Source of the DNA: Botryllus schlosseri
Taxonomy: Eukaryota
Assembly: GCA_051294905.1 (NCBI GenBank)
Contig: CM119378.1
Location: 19,716,001 to 19,780,000, forward strand
DNA length: 64,000 nt
Reading direction: 5' to 3'
A program made the translations under genes and the position numbers. Below the pieces are notes generated by a model. That model did no database searches and was not told the DNA's origin. It worked only from the letters and a program-made list of their open reading frames with translations. Shown piece by piece: positions 49,851 through 62,700 of the stretch (positions are counted from its first letter, which is position 1; each line of letters opens with the position of its first letter).

Positions 49851-52800
49851 GATATATTGCAACGTGACCAAGCAAAATGATACCACAAAATCAAGCTTGA
49901 AATAAATGGACGTAATACTCCTATAGTCACCAGGGCGTCTAACATGGAAAACGTGAAAGATAGATTGATAATTATGAATGTAAACAAACATGGAGGGACT
50001 TGAATAGTTCATGCGTTGTTATCAGTTACTTTCTGACGTTTATCAGTAGGCTACTATTTGTTGAGCCAGCGATCCACAAAATGCAGACATAGGCACATGC
50101 TATATATCGCTACAGCTTTGAGGCTGGTGGCCGGAATATGAAACTTATTCGATATATTGTCGTTTAAGAACTGCATTTAACTACAGCAGTATGCAGATAT
50201 AACCCCTAGGGCTACGCTTGAAAAATGCAAGTCACTATGATTTTAAAACGCTTTCACTAGTATCTTTAATTTTGGTAATTTATAACTCTGAACATATGAT
50301 TATAGTTATTCAAATCACAGAAGTATGATTATCGTCCGGTTATTGTGAATGTGCGCTACATCCATGTGCCGTGTTTACATGTTAAAGCTAAACATCACAA
50401 CAAATCTGCGCATCTACCAAGAAGCAATGGTACAAACAGCATGTTATTGACCCACATTTATTGCAGAGTTACGGCAGACTGAACATTGCGCGCTCTCAGC
50501 TTCTTAAGAGAAATTGATTAATTACTAATAACTAGACGCAAGTACAACTCATCCAAATTTGAAATTCAAAGCTTCGACAAATATTCAGATTATTATACGT
50601 CAGAGTTAAACCATCACATTACTACTTACTCCTCGGTTTGCGTTTCCTATTTTGGATACATTTTGCAGCACAATAATACTGCAATGTGAATTCCATCGTG
50701 AATATTATGGAATAGTAGTGTTTTGGATATTTTGTATGCGTGGAGGGCAGTGGTGAAGAATGGTAACCTTAACAAATATCGATTCATCTGTGAAACTATT
50801 AACATAGCAACTAGTTGTTATAACCTGCATTACATGAGTCTTATGAGTACACCATATGGACTATTATGTACGGTTGCTCTGGGCACATTACGATTCAATT
50901 TGCATGCCGTTATGGATGTACAGACGAAGTTCCTTCTGAGTGCATCATATTTGTATTGGCATAAATAAATATTCAACTTTCAATTCAGCAAACCTATATC
51001 GCGTAGGAGGCGTAACTTCGGCAATGCAAGGAATTTGTGGTGCCCTTATTTTGGGATCTGAATGTATCGAAATCGATGCATCGCGTCATTGTGAATAACA
51101 GACCCCGACCATTAAGTATCAACTCCTCCATAAATCTACTCAATACATTATGAATATATAGAAAGTTATACTTGGGCCTATATTTATACTCTAACCAAAA
51201 ATTTAAACAGATATTATGTTTCACGCATAACCAACAGTGCAAATGTAATCGCTAGTAGATCTATCCTATCCATATGCTGTATCTTACGGCGCATTTCGAA
51301 AGTGCTACGTCATATCACACTTTAAATAACGAATCGTCGGACATTTTCCACCAGTACTTATTTGGCAAGCTCATTGAGGGACAGTGAAAATTTAAGTGAC
51401 AAGGGTGAATATCTTATGAGCCTGAAAGAGTTATGATTAAGCGAAAAACTATGGAAATAGCTTGAGCAACTGTATTGAAAGCAGCGTCTATAGAATAATC
51501 TAGTCATTTCAGCTATAGTTATGACTGTCGACGCCCGCTTTTCAGTATACTAGCCTCCAAATGATATTGTGTAGGCCCTATAGTAACAAACAGCCAGCAT
51601 GTAATAACATTGATAGGTACATTACAAACGCCTACCGCAATAATCACCCTAGAGGTACAAATATTCACTCGTTTACTTTTTGCAATAATGATATCTTACG
51701 CTGTTTTATTTAGAATGTGTATATTTAACACGTCGATCTTGCTATAATTTTAGCCGCATTGCCGATCAAATTCAACTATGATAATTTCATTTCTTATCCA
51801 ATGAGAAATGTTTTGCGTACGTCCAGGACAGCAGCCGAACGCTATTTGCGAGAATATAAGTCAGCGCATTGAACCAAGGGAGAGTTACGAGAATCACGAT
51901 GCCAGGACGTTCACAATACATTGCGCATTCAGAAATGCGTATATTTCTTATATCCCATATGAGGCCTATTTACAAAAGATCATGAATCGATCTATCATTG
52001 ATAGTAAAAGTAATATCTATAATGCAATGTATATTCCGACTAGCAATATCCAAAATCAATGTTAATTTGTCCATGCTATAGATCCAGATCGATGAGCTAT
52101 ATTTACGGTGCAGTGAATGCCATGATATTGTCAAGTGGGAAATGGCTACAGATATTGGTGATGGTTTTTCAATTACACCCGACAATGTACATAGACTAAC
52201 TCAGCGGTTCCCAGCCTGGGGAGGATGCTCAATGTGGGGTAATTTTGTAATTTGTGTGGGGGAAATCAAGCATTAGGATTGTAAAACTCTTTACGTAGAG
52301 ACACACCTGAAATGAGTGTAACAGATCTTATTCACTTCGTGGTATCATAAAATTTACGTAATTGGACAATTCAAGTCTCTCTTACTGTTAAGACGACATA
52401 ACGTGTGGTGCATGCATACTTGACTCGGACCAGAATCACTGCGGTACTCGATTTTTTTCCTGGCCCTAATTATAACATTTATCTGCATTCTGCTATTCTC
52501 GCATCGTCCACACGCCTAAATCTCAAACGTAAATCCGAAAATTGTAAACGTAAATATAGGTTCTCAGATGCGCAATCGCCTGCATCGTTGTTGATACTGC
52601 TCATCGAGATTATAAGGCTATTTACGACTCTTGCAGGATAATCCCATGTTTTTAAATAATTATGCAACGCACGGCCGCATTCGGAAATGCGAATTTGATT
52701 AATGGTTGGCACACGAGTCTTACACGTCTAAAGCAGGGCCGTCCAGACTTTTTGCTACATACGAGCGCATTTCGGTTACTTCCACGGCGTATAGGCCTAT

Positions 52801-54304
52801 ATGGCCGCATGCCAGCCAAAGGAAATTCGTAAAGTAAAAGATCACGCACCCACGATAAATCGACTACAGGGGGACATCGTATCGCGGAAAGCGCATGGGG
52901 TTCCAATATCATCAGGATCAGCCTTTGCTTGTTAAATCTTTCATCATGGCAGTTCTTAATTGCATAAGTAGAACGCACTATCGTAGAGGCTGCATGACGC
53001 CTTTCTCGGGCACAAACGCCTGTCGCGACAACTTTTGGCGTCGCGATTTGTAAGCATGAGCATCATTACCCGACTCATGTCCATAAATATTTTTCGAAGT
53101 ATCGTGTCTAGTGATGCCGACCTCAAATAATTTTATTCAATTTCGTTGCCCACTAAAACTTGTACATTTACTAGCCTATAATTCAAAATACCAGCGACAT
53201 AGCCCGTGAAGTAGTCCAACTCACGAGAACACGCGGGAATAAATTCACGGCAGCACTATGGTACCAAAAGCTGTTGGAAAACGCCCTCAGAACCCTAAAA
53301 TCAACAAAGCACAGGATAGTAGCAAATAGTTCGTTTCGTAGTAACGGCAATGGGGGCGACAAACAATCAATCCCAGTGGCAGGTATAGGCCTGGGCTTGA
53401 TGATACATAGGCTATCTATTGGAAATTTGGTGGACTGGACATATTAACGACCGCATAATTAGACACCGACGGCCGTAGGTTTGACACCGTTGCTCTAGAA
53501 CACAGGTTCCAAATCTTTCTCCGATCTCGTGCAACTTAGACGCTCTGTACTGCCACGGGTACCATTTCTTGCAGAACGACATATCTGATCGAATCATATT
53601 TTATTTAGAGGAATAACATTGGCCTACTAAAATAACACTAAAGCATCATAACTAAATTAAATAAGATTTTTGTTTTTGTTTACCGTCCACCAATTTGTCG
53701 ATGCGTGGTGTAGATTTGGTAACAGCGCAACTAAAGTAATTTTCGGGCATACCTATAATAAGGATAAGGTTTATCTAGCATCCTTCTCGCCATGTGAGCC
53801 TCGTAAGTGGTGTCATAAAAAGCCTAGAAATGCAACAAGTCTGCAGGATGGGAATCATAATAAAGAATATCGGCTTGGTGTAAATGGTCATTGTAGACAT
53901 AAAACACCATGAATCACACAAACAACAACATAAGATTATATGTGTTTACCAGTTTTACTGTGAATAAAGAATATAATAATAATAAAATTCGATTTTTTGA
54001 CTTGATATTCATGATGACTGATAGGCGAGTATCCCTGCTCGCATTACCACGTGCAAGGGAAAAAAGCAGCGCGAAGCAGAATGGAAACGTATAGCGTTCA
54101 TTCCATCAATCCTGGGAGATCATCAATTTGATATTGTTTGTGAACAAAACGAGACATAAAAAGTTGCGAATCGAGGTTTTTGTGAAAAAATCGGAAGCTA
54201 TATACTCATGTATAATCTGATAAACCATCGTGTGCCACAAGAGGTACGCGTGCAACTATAAGGGTACGCATAAACCACAGGCGGGAAATATACCTGCTCT
54301 ACAT

Positions 54305-54800
54305 CAGTGTTTTTCAACCGGTGTGCAGTGTAAGATATCTATGAACGTACCCCATGTTACTGTCGTGGCGTTGAGATGCCCACGCGAAGTCTTGTCCATC
54401 GAAACTGCGTAATGAATTAAATCTGAAAATACTCTAGAGAGAAAGTTCCTTCTCATCGTGACCACGAAGGGACGATTCGTGAAATTTAATAACTTTGATT
54501 GCATCAATCACTCGACAGAGTCGATACCGATCCTTATCTACAGGCTCATTGTGCCGGCAGACAGATAAGAAATACCTTCGTGGATATGGTTCATGATATT
54601 CACTGTACCTAACAATTTGTGTTCAACTGCACTATCCATGTGCATGTGTACTTGGAAAATGTAATGTGCCAGAATCGTTGCTTGTGCTACTGGCGTTGTC
54701 AAATCAAAGATAGGAAAGTTCAAGACAGCGTCCTTATCCTTGATATACGTCAGTCATCTATTTTTATCGAAATTGACGAGAGAAAAGATACTCGATATAT
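54305..54800 (-). pseudogene. Decayed hAT transposase N-terminal part (DUF4371-like) next to a CAGTGTTTTTCAACC TIR
   Basis: HMDSAVEHKLLGTVNIMNHIHEG / RHNEPVDKDRYRLCRVIDAIK...SLRGHDEK matches the recalled hAT motif ...HNEEVDKNR...IIDCIKF...LRGHDE. Confidence 0.7.
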
Positions 54801-56568
54801 TTAAAAATATGTGAATAACTATTTACAGAATTTGCTAATAATAACTTGAAGATTCGGGAGATTATGTAATGTGTATAGCGAAGTTAGAAAGGTCTACTAT
54901 ACGTACGTATACGCAGACAGATACAAAGACGATGTAAGTTCAGATATAAACAGCATTGTTATATCATAGGTATACGAGAAAAAGTGAACTAGGTAAGGCA
55001 GATCAAGAGTTGCATTTTTTGTGCTCACTTATTTCACGTAGTAAGGTAAATAAAAAAATATCTAAATGGTTAACTTCCTTTATGGTGAGCGACTTTGAGA
55101 GAATACATAAGGAACGCTAGTTTTGAGCGTCACTGGATCATAACATTCCCGGCTTGACATTTATAAGCAAAAACGAGCAAAATATCGCGAGTTTCGCTGC
55201 AAATTCGCTATTTTAATTGTGTGTATGAATAACAAATTGAAGAGCTTATTGGAGCTACAGAACTTCAATATGCAATTGAAAAGTATATTCACATCGCAAT
55301 GAACCAGAATATTTTCGTCTGTTAATTCTGTTACATCACCGAATTAACAGTTGCACCAGTTGCCCTAATTGCACCAATATCTCATGTATTCAATATTGGT
55401 TGAAATCGGTCAAGACTCAGATTAGCGTATACGATGATTATAAAATTTCACCGATTGCAATAATGAATTGGAACGATTGTATTCCGATTATTAAAAAGCT
55501 TCGCAAAACTACGAACGGGCCAATCGCAAATTATACTTCAGTGTAATTATTACCTATGTAATTTCATCAAGATCACTCGGTGATAAAGACATCGGTATTC
55601 CAAAGCTTGCTGAAGGGCAGGAAAATGACACATTGGTCGACAACGCGTGCGAAACGTGCAAAATATCCACTTAAAACAAACGAACCATCAATGCGGCTTG
55701 ATATGTTGTGGAGCTTCGCAATCGTGAGCTGACCTCTATATCACGTGATTTCACCAAATGACAATATATGCCATTCCTTTGCTTTTGTTCAAGCCGCCAC
55801 GAGAATTGGTAGCAAACTATAGATTTTCTACCCACTGGATATCCATCGACATTCGTCATGATTTATGTAGTCAATCAGTATAAAATTAAACTATGAATAT
55901 GTATATTCCTTTAATTACTATTTGAAAAATATTTAGCCCACAAAGTTGCTTTTCAGTGACTGTATTGATGTATTCAAACAAAACTGTACGCTGTACCTAT
56001 TCCAGTTCCAGTTCCTATTGCCATGGCAAATATTTTGGGTGGAAGGATACATATGGTGCAGTGGTATATGAAACGTCGTCGAATCCTTTTTTGCCTAAAT
56101 ACAATTTTTAATTTCCTATATACTTTCTATAATAAACCAGAGCTTGTAATTTTAGCTTGGCATTTTTACGCATTTTACTCCCCTTGGTGACTTCTGAATT
56201 TGAAACCTTCAGTGAAACATCTATTACGCAAACCGTTACACTTCAAGCCGTCTATTTATCAGATGATGTAATAAATAATTATTGATTGTGAGATAGGCCA
56301 ACCCAACATATTAGCAAATCATATACTCGTGGCAGGCATATGCACAATGCAGTTATGCACTGATCGTTTGTACTGTGTATGAGTCGGTGTATATGACGCA
56401 AAAAATCAAGGCTAAAATATACAACGTTCTATTCCTATCCCGCACGCAAGTAGAGTAATTTATGATGTTTTAGAGGTTTCACTATATAAACAATCCGAGT
56501 AATTAATTTTATACAGATATAGATAGCAATAGTTTTCCTCGGAAACTAACCAATCTGTAGCAGCCAAT

Positions 56569-56764
56569 ATGAGGAGTGCGGTTTGGTTTCTCGCTTTTGT
56601 TTCTGTTGCTACAGCAAGCGAGGATAGCTTTCCATGGATGAACAATTACGTCGCATGCATCCTGCGAATGCCGGTGTACAACTACGAGCCTACTATTTTA
56701 ATGGAGGGGACTTATGACATCAAAGCTGACAAATCCGAATTCAAAGAGGGATCGTTGATCGAAG
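56569..56764 (+). CDS. Reeler protein exon 1
   Basis: ATG at 56569; signal peptide plus start of Reeler; donor GTGAGT at 56765. Confidence 0.88.
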
Positions 56765-59700
56765 GTGAGTGATGAACACCGAAGAAACAGAATCCCTTGT
56801 GAAGGAAATTGGAAGCTCCAATTCAATGGGACTGTGGCTTAGGGATGTCGAAAGATTTTTTTTTAAATCCACATTTCACTGGTCATATAGGTGAATAAAT
56901 TGCTAGGTTGCATTTAAAACGCTTCACACCAAGTTTGGCGCAATCCCAACTTACGTTGACAAATTTCGTCACTTCGCCATGACCAGACATCATCCTTCAG
57001 GCATGCCTGAAGAGAATGTAATAGGTTTTCATCTTGGGATGGGCCTTTGTTACTGTTCGGATAAAGATATTTAAATTATTAAGGAAAAATTTCACGCTGG
57101 GAAATTGGAAATTGATAGTCACGTTATAGTTTTTTTAATATCCATACTGTGGCTATATTAATTTGAGAACGCATAATAACTTCCTTTTTCTGCAGTACAA
57201 GTGGACAGTAAAGACCCCTCTGGAATGTACAAGGGAATATTTATCACCGTAAGTGTTCGCTGTGTAATTGCTAATTTCTGTTTCCCGCATTACCATCAGC
57301 TATAGTAGTCCGAGGATATTGGGTCAGTGAGACATTTGAAACCACGATGGTGATGACGGTTACATTCGCTCGAATGATTGGTTGTGATTTAATTGTCACA
57401 GTGACGTCAAACACTCGAAACTAGATGGTGCGCGATCCCTGTAAAGGAGATAAGCTGCAGTCCTATGCCGTACACAGACAGTATAGGCGTCCTATAGGAA
57501 CCAACCTGTAAAAAGCGTGTTGCTGAAGAATAAACAGTAGACTCACGCTTTTACTGTTGTGTACATTGTTGGTCTTGGTGTAAAATATTCACTTGTCCAT
57601 GTAAATTGCCCTAATATCATAAGGCTCTCACAAAAATACAATTAAAAATAGGAACCTTGCTGAAGGTTCCCGACCCTGTTGAAAAGCTGAAATGTTGCAT
57701 GTGTTGCACGCTCAATTGTCGTACAATAGATTTGATTAGTGCAGGACTCATAACATCACATGACGAATCCCATGTAATAAATTTCGATTTCGTGTCACCA
57801 TGACTTCACGAGATTTCGACTATGACGTAACGCCACTGAGCATTACCGGGATAGCATGGAGGAGTGGTGCAAGACTTATAGAAAGCCCTACAACTAGGGC
57901 TGGGTACAATGATTCGAGTACTCGAATCGGAATCGAGTAAGTATTTTAATGATTCGAGTCGAGTAGCAAAATACGATTTTTCGAGTACTGAAATTATACG
58001 TTCCTCGCCAATGAAAGTTATTTTTATCGACGAGAATTATAGTTTTGATACTATTATCCACTGTGGAAACCTTGATTGCCCGTATCGCAGCATACGAAGC
58101 ATAGTACAAAGCTACGAACGCTACTGGAAACATTTTCAAAGTCATGATCCTCCCATAACATTGCCACAAAGTGAAATGAAATCGGCAGGGTGGAAATAAT
58201 ACCAACGTATCTTTAATGTGATTGATAACAGGCATTATATTCTTTGTGGTGGCATAAAAGGTACATATTTGAACCTTAATATCATATATACTGTTATGAT
58301 AATGAGCGGTAGTCGACTACTCGACTCGGCTCGAAGCATAATACGTGATTCAGAATCGAATCACTCAGGCACTCGATTTTACTCAGCCCTACTTATAAGT
58401 TATAACACAAGGCTATTTCTGCACTTTCATTGTCCACCGATATATGCACATCATGCACTCACGGCATCTAGGCTATATGGATATGCAAATGCATGCACGG
58501 ATCGCGTGTATGTATAATGTATATCATGAATCGGTATGAAGCAAGAAACATCCGGGACAAAAATGTACAACGTCCGACTCCTATCCTAACAGTGGATTTT
58601 CGTCGTTGTATGGTTCTTTGGTAATTACAATTGAAAATATAGGGTCAATATAGCACTTTTGCCGAAAATATTTCCTGACCCCTGGAATATAGGCTACCAT
58701 ATATTATAAAATGTTGTTTCGCGTGAAACTATAGCAGAATGTAACGGATATACAATGAGAGCCCAACTACCTAGCATCATTTCTGGATCAATTTCACTTC
58801 GTTTGAATTTTAAATTGCTAGGATCAAAAAGATCAGACACAATACCAAAACCAACAAGCCATGCTTGCTCAACATAATCGCATAGTTAGATAACAGACTA
58901 GAACATTCAAAATGCGTCTTATGTACCTGCCTTAACATTTCACTATCGGCATCTACAGTAGGTAAGAAATTGATAGTTAGGACGTCATTTAACAAAATCA
59001 TCCATATTGTCACGTCACCGCTTTAGTACCGGCGGGTTTGATGTGTGCCGAAATCCTCATGCATTATGAAGATTACTGTCGATAACTACCCCGACGGTGG
59101 TCAGTACTGATGTATTTCCAGTTTTTAGGGGTACTCACGTAGGTTCTGCCTATACTTGCACCATTTACTCAAGTGGTTAAGATCTTAGACTGTTTCTAGT
59201 AAACAATTTCCGGCTTTTATTTGGCCAATTGGCCTAGAAAACTTACTCTATACTTACTTGGAATTCCTTACTTCTAGTTGTACCTGAGTACACATTTACG
59301 AGTTTACTTCTGCTTGTACTTCACCACCAAAGTTGACTACTTTGACCATCACCGCTGGGCATATGTCAACGAGCTTTAGTTGCGTTCACGTTTTATACAA
59401 GTTCGCGTGTACGAGAGCACGTACGAATGCTTCTGCAGCTCGCACCATTTAAAATAATTCCTTACCAATTTCTGCAGGTTCTGGAAGACGGTAAATCGCG
59501 TGGTGAGTGGATCGCTGGCTCCGATTTCAAGTCGAAAGCTTGTCATGGCTCTACGAATAGCGCACTGACAGAGATGACTAAATCTTTAAAATCCACAAGA
59601 AGTCACACACTTACTTGGAGAGCACCAAGATGCGATCCCAGTAAAACGTATGAAATGAGGTGAGATCGAAATTTCCACTTTAATGATATTAATGCGAATA

Positions 59701-62700
59701 TGAAATGGGCAGACTTGGGATTTTACATTCGACATACATACATAACATGAACGCATTAGACTGATACACACATTGGTATTGGCGTATAATATCTCAGTGC
59801 GAACTTGCCAATAGGGCTTCATGGATTTGTTGAGTCTGTATATAGTCTGCGTGACATGAGGACAGACGGAGTGAGCGGGCTCTTTTGTATTACGAACGAC
59901 TCGGGCTATAGGCAAAATCATTACCTTTCTGATTCGATTCAGCGCGATTCGATTCGGTGCGTTTCCTCGACCATTACCAGCCTTGTGCTACAATAGGCCG
60001 CATGATTTGTACTCAGTGATCCGACCAACCACTGTTTTAAGGCTTTTTTTTAGCTTTTTCTATATCTATCAAAATCAAAGGAATCTATCTCACGATATCA
60101 CAAACTCGACAACAGGGGTTAATAGTTGACGCAGGGCTAAGAGGTTGTAAGTTGTGACTGAAATGACTGTTGAAAATTAGATCTTAATCAGTTGAGGATG
60201 AAATGGTCGACGGTCTCGGGGATATCGCAATGATTAGGCTATACGGAGCGGAGCAATTCCTATCATTAAGTTTTGACACAATAAACGAACAGTAAGCTAC
60301 TCGAATCGTTTTAACAGTAGAACAGTGGTTCTCAACCGGGGGTCCGTGAAGCCATTTCAGGGGGCCCGCGAAGCCTCTAAATTTGTAGAATGATTGATGA
60401 CCTATAATTTATATGTTTTTATTAGGGAAAGCATGCGACAATTTCGTTTCAAAATTGCTAAAACGCTAGGACTAACATCATTAAAATTGTCGTCTGAGAT
60501 GAAATGTCCGACCGTGCAAACTCATTTTAATTGCCAAATTGCCAATAGCATGCCATAGCATAGATGTTTTGTTGGGGTTTGTGGAAAAATGAAAAGCTGG
60601 AGATAGCAAGGTCAAACCTGACTTCTAAATGTTTGCAAAACATTTTTGATTTGGAGTTGTCGGTCAGGGCAAACTAGTAAACAGACGGTTGAAATAGAAA
60701 TTTCTGCGTTTTTCCTAATCTGTCCCATTGAAGGAATTGAAAACTCGCCACAAAATTCATTTTCTCCTGTGATATAACCATTAAATAACTTCAAGATCAG
60801 ACGCTAGATAGATATGACTACTAGGGATGGTGTGAACCTCTGAAAGGTTCAGGTTCGTGTGAACGCGAACCTTTTTGAAAGGTTCTGTGTGAACACGAAC
60901 GTGAACATCATGACGTCACGTGACGTCATACTGCTAATTCAAACCCTATCTTTCAATGAAGTGACAGCCTATATTGATGTACGCGATACCTAGCGACGAC
61001 TCAGACCACATAATGCCACGATGCCGAAATACATATTGGCGTCTTAAACGTCGCTAAATGTATCAACTGAGCAATCAAAGGACATAATACTCCCTTCAAA
61101 ATCAATATCTTTCGTCGCTTTGCCAACAATTTCGACCCCATTAACGAGTTATATAGCGGTAGCCAACACCTCATTCGCACGTATTAGGTTATAATGAGGC
61201 AGTAAAGATTGACCCCGTACGCCTGCTAGATTTTTTGCATCAGAAAACGATATCAATCTCATTGATTGGTTGAACATTGAACAAGAATCATTTGCTGACT
61301 ACGTATTTCGCTCGTAATGTTGGGTGATTGCGGGTCAAACTCACAGCCGAGAGTCACTAAATATTTACAAATGGAAAGTTGAATATTCCGAGCAAACTTT
61401 TGTAACAAAGTAAGTAAAACTTTTGAGATTGTCAAGGTGCATGCTCGTTTAGTGTTGATTTATAATGCTGCCAGCGCCACGCATAGAGTGGCCCACAATT
61501 AAAATGCAATAAATTTGAACCAAAGAAAGATGTTATAATGAAGTGAAAATTGTGATTCAGGAAAAAGGTTCACAGTGCAGAACCTACCAAGGTTCTGTTG
61601 TGAACGCGAACCTCTAAATTTCCGAGGTTCACACACAGAACGCGAACGTGAACCTCACGTTCACACCATCCCTAATGACTAGACTGGACGTGATATGTTC
61701 ATCAAAAACTCACACCAAAAGCTGTCGTCGGAAGCGTAACGCGTTAATATTACATTCGCCACCACTATCTTCGTGTAAATAAATTTTCGGCGCCCATTCA
61801 TATCAAATCGAAGAAGCGTATTTACAAGACAATAAACACAGCTGCAGAATTCGCTTCGAATAAAAGTCTAACCAATATCTACAATTCTACATATAGTGTA
61901 GTGTTATTTTCAAGAAAATTCATTTTGTGGCTGTTTATCACTAGCCTATAATTAATATTTTCACAAGACAGATGAGGGTTGCACTAATATTGAGCTAATT
62001 TTGAACGAAAACTTGAGGGGATGCGCGGAGGTGCATGGCGGTCCAAAACGGGTCTGCGAAGACAAAAAGTTTAAGAACCATTGCACTGCTACACGAATGA
62101 TCATGCTGGAACTTGTCGTCGTTTTTCAGCCACAACCGTAGCGTAAGCGAATACGAACCCACCAAAGTATTAGGTCTTGAGGATTTTTCAGTTACTTATT
62201 ATTTGTGGTGCATTTTTATCAAGTGGAACACCATTTCATCCCCAGCTGCATGGCATGCAATATTAGTGTACCATATTTTGGAATCGGGGAGACTGAAAGT
62301 TGAAGTCGCAAGTTGAGCAAGACTGAAAACAGCCGATTTTGCTATTTGCTGGAAAATTTGTGGCGTTGACTAAAAGAAAAGATCGTCACTTCTAATCGAC
62401 TACCGAATGACCCGTTCGAACGTTCGTATCTGATATTTAGCGTCATATGTGCCGATTTTCAGTCGAACCTGCCCACTATCCTAGCTGTAAATGCTGTAAA
62501 GGAGAATATTTCCAAAAAGGAGGACATTTAGGGACGTATGGTAGCCTTATGCTATGTGTTAGGCAGTAACACTTGTCGAGTCGTCTGGTGTCAAATACTG
62601 TATAATACGACTACCTTAAACGTATAACTTTTGTTTTACGCGCTCAGTGTCAATTACTGCAGTATAGCGTAGCGGCAATTATTTCATTTTTACGCAACAG

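Noticed and set aside
50985-52130. Short plus-strand peptides (LYRVGGVTSAMQGICGALILG; YIYGAVNAMIL) faintly like GPCR TM segments
   Set aside because: Could not be joined into a consistent exon chain; in-frame stops lie nearby.
58810-59013. 67-aa antisense ORF with a hydrophobic C-terminus in the Reeler intron
   Set aside because: Non-ATG start, no splice support and no recognisable homology.
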